Of a DNA stretch of 64,000 nucleotides, positions 12,448-24,394 are shown one piece after another. The stretch comes from Takakia lepidozioides (Eukaryota > Plantae > Bryophyta): positions 73,904,001 to 73,968,000 of the forward strand of contig CM060733.1 in assembly GCA_030704615.1 (NCBI GenBank), given 5' to 3'. The stretch's first letter is position 1; each line of letters begins with the position of its first letter. Both the position numbers and the translations under genes were made by a program. Under the pieces are notes generated by a model. That model was not told the DNA's origin. It searched no databases and saw nothing but the letters and a program-made list of their open reading frames with translations.

Positions 12448-15400
12448 ATGGGGTCGGGCAAGCCAAAGCGAAAGCGGAACGGCCCAAAAGATGATGATCC
12501 TGGTGAGCCCGATGGGGGCGACGTGTCACCGAGGCGGCCGTTTGAGGAAGCGATGCATGTTTCCGAAAACGAGGCCGCTCAGGAGCGGGAGGAATCCGAG
12601 GAGTCGGAGCCCGAGGAATCCTTGAGAGCTCCGACAAACCAAGAGATGCCTCCCATGCCGGCAGCCTTTTGGGAAGGGTTGTTGGCGCAGTTTGGCGGGA
12701 CGTTGAAAGACGTGTTGAAGGCGGCTAATGCCACTTCCACTAAGGCAAAGTTTAAGGTGAAGCCTAAGGAACCCGACACCTTCGAGGGCGTTCGAAACCG
12801 GAAGGCACTCAACACCTGGCTCCTGGAGCTAGAGCAGTACTTCCGGGCGGCCAAGTTGAGTGACGAGGATCGGGTGGAAGTGGCTCCCACCTATTTGAGG
12901 GGCTATGCTCAACAATGGTGGCAGAAACGCCTTCACGACCGAGGCCCAAGCCCGGAAACCTTGAACTGGAGTGGGTTCAAGGAATTGATGAAGAGACAGT
13001 TTGTGCCCCTCAACGCGTCCTGGCTCGCCCGGGACAAGATGAGGAATTTGAAGCAAACAGATGACATTCGGGGATATGTCCAGGCTTTCAATGTGCTGTT
13101 GCTCGAAGTCGCGGACATGGCAGAACCAGAAATGGTCTTCAACTTTGTGGCGGGACTGGCCCCATGGGCCAGGCGGAAGTTGGAGGAGAAGCCACCCAAG
13201 ACTTTGAACGAGGCTATTGAGAGGGCTGAATGTTTCTCAGATGTCCCTAGGGGTGAAAGACAAGGCCGTACGGAGCTGAACCACAAGAAGATTCGGCGGG
13301 AAGGTGACTCCTCCGACCGGAAAAGAAGTGGGATAGGCCACGCGGCGAAAATGGCACGTGGAAATCGAAGGGAGGGCCTTCACACGTCAAGGCGGCACCC
13401 GGTGCTTCGAAAGGAAAAGCGGGTGGAGCGGCTTATGGCGGACAGAAGGCGACCTTTGATGGAGTGTGTTTCAATTGCGGGGAGCCCGGGCACATGGCCA
13501 AGAAGTGCACGAAGCCCCGGCAATTGAACATGACTCGGGCGACCACGGAGCTGTCGGAAGATACCATCAGTCGCTTGGTGGAAGCGGTGGTCGCCAGGAC
13601 TTGCAAGGTAGGCAAATTTTCTTGTGAGTTGTATCAGGAAACTGGCGCCTTACGAAAAGGGAGTCAGTTATTGTTCGTGGATGGGATAATATCCGGAACT
13701 AATGTGTCGTTGTTGGTGGACACAGGAGCGTCGCACTCCTTCATGACACCGGCAACGGCACAAAAGCTGGGACTCCCGACAAGTGACGTGGGGGCCTCTA
13801 TTGAGGTGCGCTTTGCCAAAGGAGAACCTCAGTTGGCGACAAGGTTGGCGTTTGATGTTCCTCTTCAACTGGGGAGTTGGGAGGGACGTGAGAACTTCAC
13901 ATCTGCGAGATCGATGGAGTGGATCTCATTTTGGGGATGACCTTTTTGAGCAAATCCGGAGCGGTCATAGATGGCCGCAAGAGAGTAGTCACGCTGCCAT
14001 GTGGGAATGGTGGCGAGGTTTTACGAGTGTCGGAAACGCCCAAATCCGTGGGAGGGCGAATAAACCTTCTGTCAGCAAAGGAGTGGGCCGTGGAGGAGGC
14101 ACACGAGCCCAGTTTTTGCTTTACATTAGAGAAGTGAAATGAGAAGGCGATGGGGAGCCGAGCCCAGATTGGATCAAGGGGATTTTGGAGAAATACCAGG
14201 ATGTGATGCCGGAGGATTTACCAAGCGGCTTGCCACCGCGAAGAGGAGTTGACCACAAGATTGAGGTGATACCGGGATCGGAACCGCCTGCCAAGGCGCC
14301 CTACCGGTTGAGCCACAGAGAGTTGGTCGAGCTGAAGACTCAGCTCAAGGATCTAATGTCAAAGGGGTACATCCGGCCGAGTAAGTCACCTTACGGAGCC
14401 CCGGTGCTATTCGCAGACAAGAAGGATGGGACGCTGCGGATGTGTGTCGATTACAGGGCTTTGAATAAGGTGACTATCAAAAACCGGTACCCTTTGCCAA
14501 GGATCGACGACCTCTTCGATCGGTTGGCAGGAGCGAAGTATTTCAGCCGGATCGACTTGCGCTCCGGCTATCACCAAATTCGGGTGGTGGCGGAAGGAGA
14601 TGAGGAGAAGACCGCGTGCAGGACAAGGTATGGTTCATATGAGTTCTTGGTGATGCCTTTTGGGCTCACCAATGCACCAGCGACATTTAGCACGCTGATG
14701 AACAGCCTTTTCCAGGAGTGGTTGGATGACTTTGTGATCGTGTACATCGACGACATCTTGGTGTACTCGAAAACAAAGGAGGAGCACCTGGAGCACCTCA
14801 AAAGGGTGTTCCAAAAATTGCGGGAAGGGAAGCTGTATGCCAAAGCTTCAAAGTGCGAATTCGGGGTCACAAAAGTGGAGTTCCTGGGGCATGTGATTAC
14901 ACAGGATGGGATCAAAATGGATGACAGAAAGGTGAGGGCGATCTTGGACTGGGAGCCTCCGACTTCGGTCCCGGGAGTGCGATCCTTCCTAGGACTCGCC
15001 TCCTATTACCGGAAGTATGTGAGAAATTTTGCCAAGATCGCGGGGCCGCTGTCGGACCTTCTGTGTAAATCCAAAGTCTGGGTATGGAACACATTTTGTG
15101 GCCAAGCTTTTGCTGAATTGAAGCAGCGGATGACGGAAGCTCCAGTCTTGAAAATCCCGGAGTTCGATCGTCCGTTTGAGATTCATACAGATGCATCGGA
15201 CTTCGCGATTGGGGGTGTACTTATGCAAGATGGACGTCCAGTGGCTTACGAAAGTAAGAAACTGAATGAAGTGGAGCGACGGTGGCCGACGCACGAAAAA
15301 GAGATGAAGGCGGTGGTGCATTGCCTTGAGCTCTGGCGCCACTATGTTGGTTCCAACCCAGTGAAGGTGTTCACGGACAATGTCACGGTGAAGTATTTTG

Positions 15401-17009
15401 CCACGCAGCCCAAGTTGTCCCCAAAACAACTTAGGTGGCAAGATACTTTGGCAGTGTTCGACGTGGATATCCAGTACAAACCGGGACGGGACAATGTGGT
15501 GGCCGATGCTTTAAGTAGAAAGCAGCAGCTCTTGTTGGTGTACAAGGGCGAGACGGCGCTCCAAAGGAAGATCCGGAAGGCTTGCCGGAAGGATGAGCTG
15601 GCAAAGTCCGTGATGCAGGACTTGAGAATGGGGGTTAAATCGCAGTTCCACTTGCAAAATGGACTGCTCCGGTATAAGCAAAACGTCTCTACGTGCCAAA
15701 GGGAGGGATCAGAGATAGCCTCTTGAGAGAATGCCATGATAGCCCGCTTGCGGGCCACGGCGGAGCCAAGCGCACTGCGGCACTCTTGAAGAAAGAGTAT
15801 TTCTGGCCCAAACTGAGGGAGGAGGCAGAGGAGTATGTCAAGACATGCACCACATGCCAACAAAACCGGAGCGAGTACAAAAAGCAAGCGGGGCTGTTAC
15901 AACCCTTGCCGATTCCAGAGGGGACTTGGGAAAGCGTCTCGATGGATTTCATGACTGCTATGCCGCTGTCAAAAGGATTCGATGCAATCATGGTGGTGGT
16001 GGATAGGTTCAGTAAAATGGGCCATTTCATCCCCACCAAGGAGACGGCAACGGCGCAGGAGACAGGGCGACTTTACTTCGCCCACGTCTTAAAGCATCAT
16101 GGAGTCCCGAAGGATATTGTCTCGGATCGCGATCCAAAGTTTACGAGTAAATTTTGGAGGACACTTTGGAAGAAGATGGGGACGAGGCTGAAGATGAGCA
16201 CCGCCTTCCGACCTACGACGGACGGCCAAACGGAAAGAGTGAATTCCGTAGTGAAGCAATTCTTGCGGAATTACGTGTCGGCAGACCAATCAGACTGGAT
16301 GGAACACTTAGACGCGGCAGAGTTCTGTTATAATAACACAGAACACTCCGCAACGGGAGTTTCCCCTTTCGTATTGGTCTATGGAAAAGCACCTCTGGTG
16401 CCGACAAGTTGGGCCGCCCAGGACGTTGAGGAACCGGCAGTAGCGGCGGTACTGGAAGAACGCGAGCGTTTGTTGAAGCTCGCAAAGTACAACATTGCCA
16501 AAGCTAGGAAACGGTATGAAAGGCAGGCGAATCGGAAGCGGAGGGAAGTGAAGTTTGAGGCAGGCACAGAGGTCTGGTTGAACATCAAGAATTTCCGACT
16601 ACCTCCGGAAGTGAGTCTGAAATTCGTACCTCCGTATGCGGGTCCCTTTCGCATTCGGAAGGTTATGAATGAGGATGTGTATGAATTGGAGCTGCCGGCA
16701 AACAGCAAGGTGCACCCAGTATTCCATGTCTCCCTTTTGAAGCCTTACTTCAAAGATGAAGCACGTCCGAATCGGCATCAAGTGTTGCGTCCGCCACCTA
16801 TGCTGTTGGATCATGAAAATGAACCTGAGTACGAGGTGGAGTCAATACTTAAGTCGAGGAGGTTCAAGAACCAAGAAACGGAGTATCTCGTCAAATGGAA
16901 GGGCTATCATCATGTGGAGGCATCTTGGGTGCGTGCCTCAGAAATGGGAAACGCATCCGAGGCAGTTGCAGCGTTCGAAGGGCGACCTCAAAAGCGGAAG
17001 AAACGTTGA
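12448..17009 (+). pseudogene. gag-pol polyprotein (frameshifted) with C-terminal chromodomain
   Basis: Gag 12394-13527; CFNCGEPGHMAKKC knuckle; LVDTGAS protease; YIDD RT; TDASD RNase H; HHCC/DDE integrase; YEVESILKSR..YLVKWKGY..SW chromodomain; split over several frames. Confidence 0.92.
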
Positions 17010-17914
17010 TGGGGACATCAACCTTGGAGCGTGGGGGAGGAAATGCATGCTTAGCCCGGTTTAGCTAGCTCAAGAATCCGATTGCAAAAACTTGTATTGT
17101 ACAAAAATTTGTTATAAAGGAAATGGGTTCAAATATTGTGCGTCCTATTGTGTTTGGAATGGTGATGCATGGTGTGGTTGGCTAGTGTGTAGAATGCATG
17201 CTAGCTTACAAAAGTGGGAGAGGTAAATTGGGTTAATCGTGTGTTTGCGCAGTGCCGAAATCGGGTGACTCCCATCCAAGGGGCAAGGAAACTTGCGCCT
17301 TCTTTGGGAGTTCACGTGCTAGTGCGCACCTGGCGCGTGCGCGTACTATAACTGCGCTACCGAGGGGGTTGCCTTGTAGTGCGGGCTAACGCGGAAGCTA
17401 CGTGCTTCCGTTCACGTACTATAATCGTGTAGCCTCGGGACGAAGTCGTAGTGCGGCTTCGGCGTGTTCCCGTACCTCAGGCCAGCATTCCAAGTCGGAC
17501 CCAATTGTAGTGATTGGGGCGCACGGTTGGTTCAAGGTTATCGTCCTAGTCAAAGAGGGTTCCAGGTGAACCCTTGCTCAAGGTGATGCCAAAAGCGGCA
17601 TCATGAGCGATCGCAAGCAATGTTGTTGCAGTAAGGCGATTCGATCCTCGGGGAGGATCGTTCCTTGGCCTTGAAGTAGGCCAAGAAGAGTGCACTGGGA
17701 GGAGCTGGAGAGGCTCCACCCTTGGCCGGGACTTGGAGGAAGTCGGCCGAACTAGCTAGTGGAGAGTAGAGTCAAGTGTGGGGTTTGGTTCTTTGCCATG
17801 GGACGCCATGGTACAGAAACAAACTCCTTGATGTGGGACGCCACAACTTGGATGTTCGTTTCTACAAAATGGACAAGTCGATGAGGACATCGACTCCCTG
17901 TTGGTAGGGGTGTA

Positions 17915-18639
17915 TGTCGCGGCCCTTTGCCTAGAGGGCAGGGGGTCGGGACACATGAGGGGCTGCCCCTGTGGTGGGGGCAGCGGCAGCGATAGGTATA
18001 GGGGGGCTGAAGCACCCTTGAGTGCCCAAGGCACTCAGGGAAGCAGAGGCGCTCACTAGGTGAAGCCCTGCACACCGGGTTGCGGTGGGGGTGGCTCCAC
18101 AAGGGGTGGTGGTAGCTTAGTGGGACTTAGTGGGGGTGGCATAGGACTCACCATGGGGCGGAGACCTCGTGGTGGGAGTCGTGGGGAGTCTTGGGACTCA
18201 TCACGGTCCATAGGGGCCGTGGTGAGCGGGCCAAGACTCACCGCGACTCACCACCGGGAATCGAGGGTCTTCGTGGTGGTTCGCCATAAAATGGCATGGC
18301 TGGTTGTGAAACCCCCGCGGACAGCTACAGAAGTATATATAGGGAGTAGTAACCCCGAGAACGGTGCAAGCCCGTTGGTGACCAAAAACTAGTGAGTAAG
18401 CGAGCGAGCCGGAAAGCGACCAAAGAGTGGGGAGCTGTTCCGGACTGCCATCTACCAAAGGGAATTCCACTAGGCCCAAATAGGTGGAGGGTCTTTCGGA
18501 GAGCGAAGGGGGGACCGTTATGTCCCGGTGAGCAGCCGAAGCTCCAAGTTGGCCCGGCGGCCGGTTGGGAGTCAGGCGCGCGCATCAAAGCGAGTAACTA
18601 TGACTTGAGGGGAAGCTTACCGAAGTGAGGTGCGCGACA
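17915..18639 (+). repeat. 3' LTR
   Basis: Direct repeat of 11668-12392 followed by TSD TCTAG. Confidence 0.97.
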
Positions 18640-18790
18640 TCTAGGGACTTAGCCCGAAAATGGCCAAGTCCCTGAACAGCAATAGGGCCTAGAATTGGAA
18701 AATGGCGCCGAATTTCCAGTTCAGGGCCAGCCAGTCTAGGGACTTAGCCATTTTTGGAGCCCTGACTGGAAATTCGGCGCCATTTTGCCT
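18640..18790. repeat. Right part of the intronic ~95-bp array
   Basis: Same unit as 11134-11667; cores at 18704 and 18776. Confidence 0.9.
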
Positions 18791-21700
18791 AACACCACAT
18801 GAGGCCTCTAACATCCTGAAATGCAAGGACTTGAAAGAAAGGCAGCGCGTATGTACCTGTACAGAAGGCGCATTGCTGCTTTGTCCGCATTCGGCTGGTC
18901 GGTGAACTCGTGGCTCCGGCGAGCATCTGCTATCTCCCGAAAGAATAGGTTGGTTTTGTAGAGCAGAAAGTACCTCGTCACATAGTCACGTAGGCTCTCT
19001 GCTGCAGGAGATATCTCCATCTTGAACTGATGTGCTTGTGTGTCCAGTTGCTCTTGCGCATTCGTCGTCACCTGTGGAGATTCTCCATCAGATCGCTTTC
19101 CTGAAAAAATACAATGAATCCACCCCCTACTAGAGTAGAAGCCCCAAACGAAGCGTGGGGAAGTACTTGAAACCACCATGTCATGCGGTTCATCCACATG
19201 TCGAATGTGGGGTCAGAGAGTTTGTCCGGTTTGGGGAAGCTCCACATGTCCTTGGTACTTTGGGAACCATTCCAGATTTGGAGCCCCCGGGTCTGTCCAA
19301 CCACCCAGCATATACGTAAGCGCCAAACACCACAAAAAGGAGTTGTTGCCACCACAATTTGGTTAAGAATGTATCACCTTTTCTGTTGCATCCACACAGG
19401 ATGTGGCTAGACGATGGAGCTTCTCCAATGTCATCGTGGGCTTCAGAGCGCGAGAGTAGTGCTTCCCCACCTCCACCAGAAAGTCGGCACCAAGGGCGGG
19501 ATCAGCTATGGCCACGTACTTTACCATCCGCGACTTGTACTTTATGCGGGCCCTCACCTCCGCAGCTTTGACATACGATTTGAGTGCCGAGAGGGTTGGA
19601 TTCTTCTCCTCTGACTCCATGTAGAACCTCCGCGCATGTGCCAAATCCTGCTGTATTTTCGTCTATCAAGAATGCGCACATAAGATTAGAGATCCTGCTC
19701 AACACAATTTCTTCTATTGGGGGAGGAGATTAGAAATCACGGTGAAGACCTTTTCTTCTATTGGGGGAGGAGAGACAGATTAGCTCAACAAAACTGTCAG
19801 GAGCTTTACCCGAAATATGTAGTCCACCATGGCGTCGACGCTCAGCCTATACCAGGTTCTGTCTGCCTTTGCCTCCGACTTGCGCAGGAGGTCGGCACTG
19901 AGGGAATTGGCAAACTCTTGCACCCCTGCTTCCCGACATCCTTCACTCGAAAGAGCATATGGGACAAGTTGGTGGCAATGAAGGCATTCTCACTCACCCT
20001 GCAGTGCCACATTTCCATCAAACAATACTGAAATGGGAATTTTCATTATATATGAGGATTCGCAATGAAATGACCTCCAAATTCAAAGTCCAAAAGCGAG
20101 AGGCGTTGTAACTTACGAGTTGATGTCCGCCATTGCAGCTTTGAGAAGACTGCGATCTTTGGGCCCCGCAACCTTCAGCACAACACAATCCACGGTGAAA
20201 TGCCAATCGAGGTCGTTGGGGTGGGCTTGGGCAATGTGCTCCATCCATGCCAGGAGGCGATGATTGCCGTCCCACACGTAGAACATCTTACCGGACAAGT
20301 GCTGGAAAAGAGGATCACTAGCAATCGATCTCTCGAACTCCTCATTTTGCGTTTGCCAATGGGGACCCCATTTGTCCACCTCATCGGAAGTGTGGGCATG
20401 GGAAGCTCCGTGGTCGTTCTCAATGGAAACGTAAAACGCGACAGACCCCATTCGATATCCATCCCGGAAAGAGAATTTCAGCTTGTCGATATCGCCTGGG
20501 AAGGCAGGTCTCACCACCTGCAATGACACCAAGCGGCAAAGGGGAATTCGAAGCTTGGCCGGGTACACCATGCCCCCTAGCACCCTGCCAATGTTGTTGT
20601 GGGTTGCCTCCAACATCTTGGCAGCGGCCAACTTCATATCCGCCTCAGACATGACGTCTGCTGCAGAGGGGTTTTCCGGCAGCCCACTAGGACCGCCAAA
20701 TCCAGCCTGTATGCTCCGGGTTTGGGGCCTGGGGATGTCCGGGAGGATGTCATCCTGGTCAGAAAGCTCCCTGTCGTCCTCCTCAACAGGGTCAGCCACC
20801 TGCGAAACCACCTCCAGCACTCTCCCCATCTCTACTGCCCTCTCCCTGGCTTCACCTCGAACTTGCACAATCCGTGCTCTTTCTGGTGTTCTTTCCTCTC
20901 CTCCACTCTCCACCGTATGGGTAATTGCAGGGGCTGCTCTTGCCCGCGATGGTCTAACCGGTGTGTTACTCCCTCTTTGTGGTGTCTTGGAGGGATCCAC
21001 CGTCTCTGTGCGTCCTCGCTTACATTGGCATTTGTCATTTGGGCACCCCTGGCCTCTTCAGTGGCCTTTTCTCTTTCCTCCTGGCTAGCATTCTGTCTCG
21101 TCTGTTCTTTTGCCCTCTCTTTTGCCCTCTCACGGGCTTTCTGTTTCTTACTAGGGCTAGCAGCAGGGGAGCCCTCCAAGACGACCACCTTTGATTGAGG
21201 CGAACTGACACCCTCGCGCGCACTGCTCACTCCCCCTCCGCAGCCCGTGACGGCTCTCTCGCCGGGGATTGCATGTGCTTAGCTTTCTTCTTTTTCTTTG
21301 CGTGGGCGGGCCCTACTGCATGTGCATGAACAACCTCCATTGCCGGATGTGTTGTCCTCATGTCCTCACGCCCTTCACCTGCCATGCCGCCTGCACCAAC
21401 CTCCCCAATGCCTATTCTGTCGTACTCTCGTTGCAAGTCCTCCTGTCCACCAACAAAAGGTTTAAGTTTGCCCTCTCGCCCCAAGTTGGGCGATTCAAAC
21501 ATGCGATGAGTTGGAGCTGTCGATGATACCACCAGCGTGCCGAGCTCGTCGTCACTCTGTCATTCCCAAAAATCGTGAGAACCAACATCGGTGCCAAAAC
21601 CAGCATCGCAACGAGCAGCGCAACCACCATAGCAACAATCGTGTAACAAAAATGAAAACATAACAAGTTTAGGAAGTATGGAGAGCCATGCAACAACAAT

Positions 21701-22312
21701 GAAAACAAATGCAACCATTGCCTGAGAATGACATGCACAAGCAGCCTTCTCCAGAGCTGCCGGATTTGCACACGCATTGCAAACAATCTAAGGTTCACTC
21801 AACTATCTAAGGTTCACTCATCCAGCAAAGCAAGGATGAAGATGCAAAAACAAAGCGAGGCAACAAAGCGAAAGTGAAAGCGAAAGCAAAAGCGAAATCG
21901 AACAAAGCGAAAGCAGAAGTGGCTTGCCTGAGAGTACTCGGCTTCAGTTGGCGCGGGTTGTGAGCAAGACACTGGAATCTCCTGCTGGAGCTTCAGTTTG
22001 GCCATGCGAGAGATTGGCCGTCGTCCATAGTACAGAGCTTTCAACTTCCGCCGCGGTCTGGATGTGAGGTCTCTCTCAGGACAGCCACGCCCTTCAGGCG
22101 GCATAAGTCCCAGCCAAAATGGAAAAAGATCTCCGTTTTTGGGGTACATGCCTCGAATAGCATGTTAAGCCAAGATTAGCATCAGATTTAGGGTACGTAT
22201 CCAGGAAGCCATGTGTCGCCAGCCTGAATAAAAACGGATGGCGGTGGACATTTATTGCCCAACTGCGCAATTAAATGTCGGATGAAGCCCTCCATGTCGG
22301 ATGAAAATCGAC

Positions 22313-24110
22313 GGAACTCGGCCCGGAATTTCCAACGTAGAGGTAATTCGGAGCGCTGCAGGATGGAAATCCAGTGCCGGATTTCCATCCTGCAGGTAAT
22401 TTGGAGCGCAACAGGATGGAAATTCAGCGCCGAATTTCCATCCTGCAAGGTAGGGCGGCGCGCGAAATTTCCCTCACTTAGGTAATTCCGAAGCGGATGG
22501 ATGGAAATCCGGCGCCAGATTTCCATCCGCGCAGGTAGGGCGGCGCGCCAAATTTCCCTCACGCAGGTAATTCAGAAGCGGATGGATGGAAATCCGGTGC
22601 CGGATTTCCATCCGCGCAGGTAGGGCGGCGCGCCAAATTTCCCTCACGCAGGTAATTCGGAGGCGGATGGATGGAAATCCGGCGCCGGATTTCCATCCGC
22701 AAGGTTGTTCGGAGAGCGGATGGATGGAGATCCGGCGCCGAATTTCCATCCTGCAGGTAATTCGAATCCCGGATGGATGGAGATCCGACGCCGAATTTCC
22801 ATCCTGCAGGTAACTCGAATCCCGGATGGATGGAAATCCGGCGCCGAATTTCCATCCTGCAGGTAACTCGAATTGCTGGCGTATGGATATTCGGCGCCGA
22901 ATTTCCATTCGCCAGGTATTTCGAAGCGCTGAATTACCTTCCTGCAGATAATTCTGAGCGTGTCCGATTGATTTTTCGGAGAAAAACAAACCTAACTGTT
23001 TGTTTTGTGGCTGAAGTGCACTTGTAGACACGTTTTTCTTGGAATCCTTGACTGCTAGAGGCAAATCGGAACAGCCTCGGACGAAAATTCGGCGCTGTTT
23101 TTCCATTCTGGGAGGTTTTTACGACTTCCTTTGAGGGGGGCCCCGATGGAAATTCGGCGCCGAATTTCCATCCGGGGGATGGTCTCTGTCGGAGAGGTGC
23201 CGGCCTCTCCGCCGCTCTGTTGGATATTCGGTGCCGAATTTCCATCCGGGGGTTGAAATATGACGGCCAGGTGCCGGCCTCTCCCCCCTCCCTGACTGCA
23301 TTGGAACGGCCCCGGATGGAAATTCGGCGCCGTTTTTCCATCTGGGGAGGTTTTTATGTCGGCCACTTTTCGGCCTGACCCCCCGACACGACTTCCTTTG
23401 GGGGGGCCCGGATGGAAATTCGGCGCCGAATCTCCATATAGGGGATGCTCTCTGTCGAACACGTGCCGGCCTCTACGCCCGAGGCGACTTCATCCGGGCG
23501 TCCCCTGTTGGATATTCGGTGCCGAATTTCCGTCCGGGGGTTGAAATGTGACGGCCAGGTGCCGGCCTCTCCCCCCTCCCCGACTGCATCCGAACCGCCC
23601 CGGATGGAATTTTGGCGTCGTTTTTCCATCTGGGGATGTTTTTATGCCGGCCAGTTTTCGGCCTGACCCCCCGACACGACTTAATTGGGGGGGCCCGGAT
23701 GGAAATTCGGCGCCGAATGTCCATCCAGGGGATGTTCTCTGTCGCACACGCGCCGGCCTCTGCGCCCCAGGCGACTTCATCCGGGCTTCCCCTGTTGTAT
23801 ATTCGGTGCCGAATTTCCGTCCGGGGGTTGTAATGTGAGGGCCAGATGGCAGCCTTTCCCCCGAGCCGACTGCATCCGAAAGGCCTCGGATGGAAATTCG
23901 GCGCCGTTTTTTCATCCGCGGAGATTTTTAGGTCGGCCAGTTTTCGGCCTGACCCCCCGACATGACTTCCTTTGGGTGGATCCGAATGGAAATTCGGCGC
24001 TGAATTTCCATCCGGGGGATGTTTTCTGTCGGACAGGTGCCGGCATCTCTGCCCCAGACGACTTCATCCGTGCGGCCCCTGTTGGGTATTGGGTGCCGAA
24101 TTTCCATTCG
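22313..24110. repeat. Intergenic palindrome array of element C (GATGGAAATYCGGCGCCGRATTTCCATC)
   Basis: Motif starts at 22313, 22365, 22418, 22503, 22588, 22673, 22726, 22779, 22832, 22885, then 23083, 23148, 23222, 23318, 23414, 23510, 23606, 23701, 23797, 23892, 23988, 24084. Confidence 0.95.
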
Positions 24111-24394
24111 GGGGTAGTAATGTGACGGCACGGTGCCGGCTTCTCCCCTTCAGCCGACATCATCCGGATGGCCCCCCACTTTCTGATTGCATACCGTTCG
24201 CAGTTATTGCGCAAAGACCAGGGGCCGCATTCCGGAGACAAGGTTCATTAACACTCTGACTGTGGATTTTTGGATTTGGATCAGGCTTCGTCGATCGGAC
24301 AAATCGGCACCGCATTCCTTCCCATCGCTGCATCCCCCTTCTACCAGGGAGCTTCCCCGCACGCCATCCTGGCAGTCTTGTGTGCACATCTCCC

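Larger units (their letters stand above)
11668..18639 (+). mobile_element. Full-length Ty3/Gypsy chromovirus LTR retrotransposon
   Basis: 725-bp TG..CA LTRs 11668-12392 and 17915-18639; 5-bp TSD TCTAG (11663-11667 / 18640-18644); PBS 12395-12406; purine-rich tract before 17915; order gag-PR-RT-RH-IN-chromodomain. Confidence 0.97.
8690..22104 (-). pseudogene. ParB/Srx-like + N6/N4 DNA methyltransferase-like multi-exon gene, copy C (frameshifted; one intron expanded by a repeat array and an LTR element)
   Basis: Exon translations match copy D: RRKLKALYYGRRP (~22050), FYVWDGNHRLLAW (20245-20283), NRMTWWFQ, KAAMRLLYR|YCKF (intron 11058-18856), QCVNESFL, DMI..DIPDG (~10165-10192), METCSDVQGRILDLTCGTG (9560-9618), GEDGIFE (~8810). 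Confidence 0.8.

Noticed and set aside
22188-24260. Many overlapping ORFs with MEIRRRISI / GWKFGAEFP repeats (likewise EMRCRISV at 49500-51600 and 57070-58060)
   Set aside because: Translation artefacts of the palindromic arrays, appearing on both strands; no independent coding evidence.
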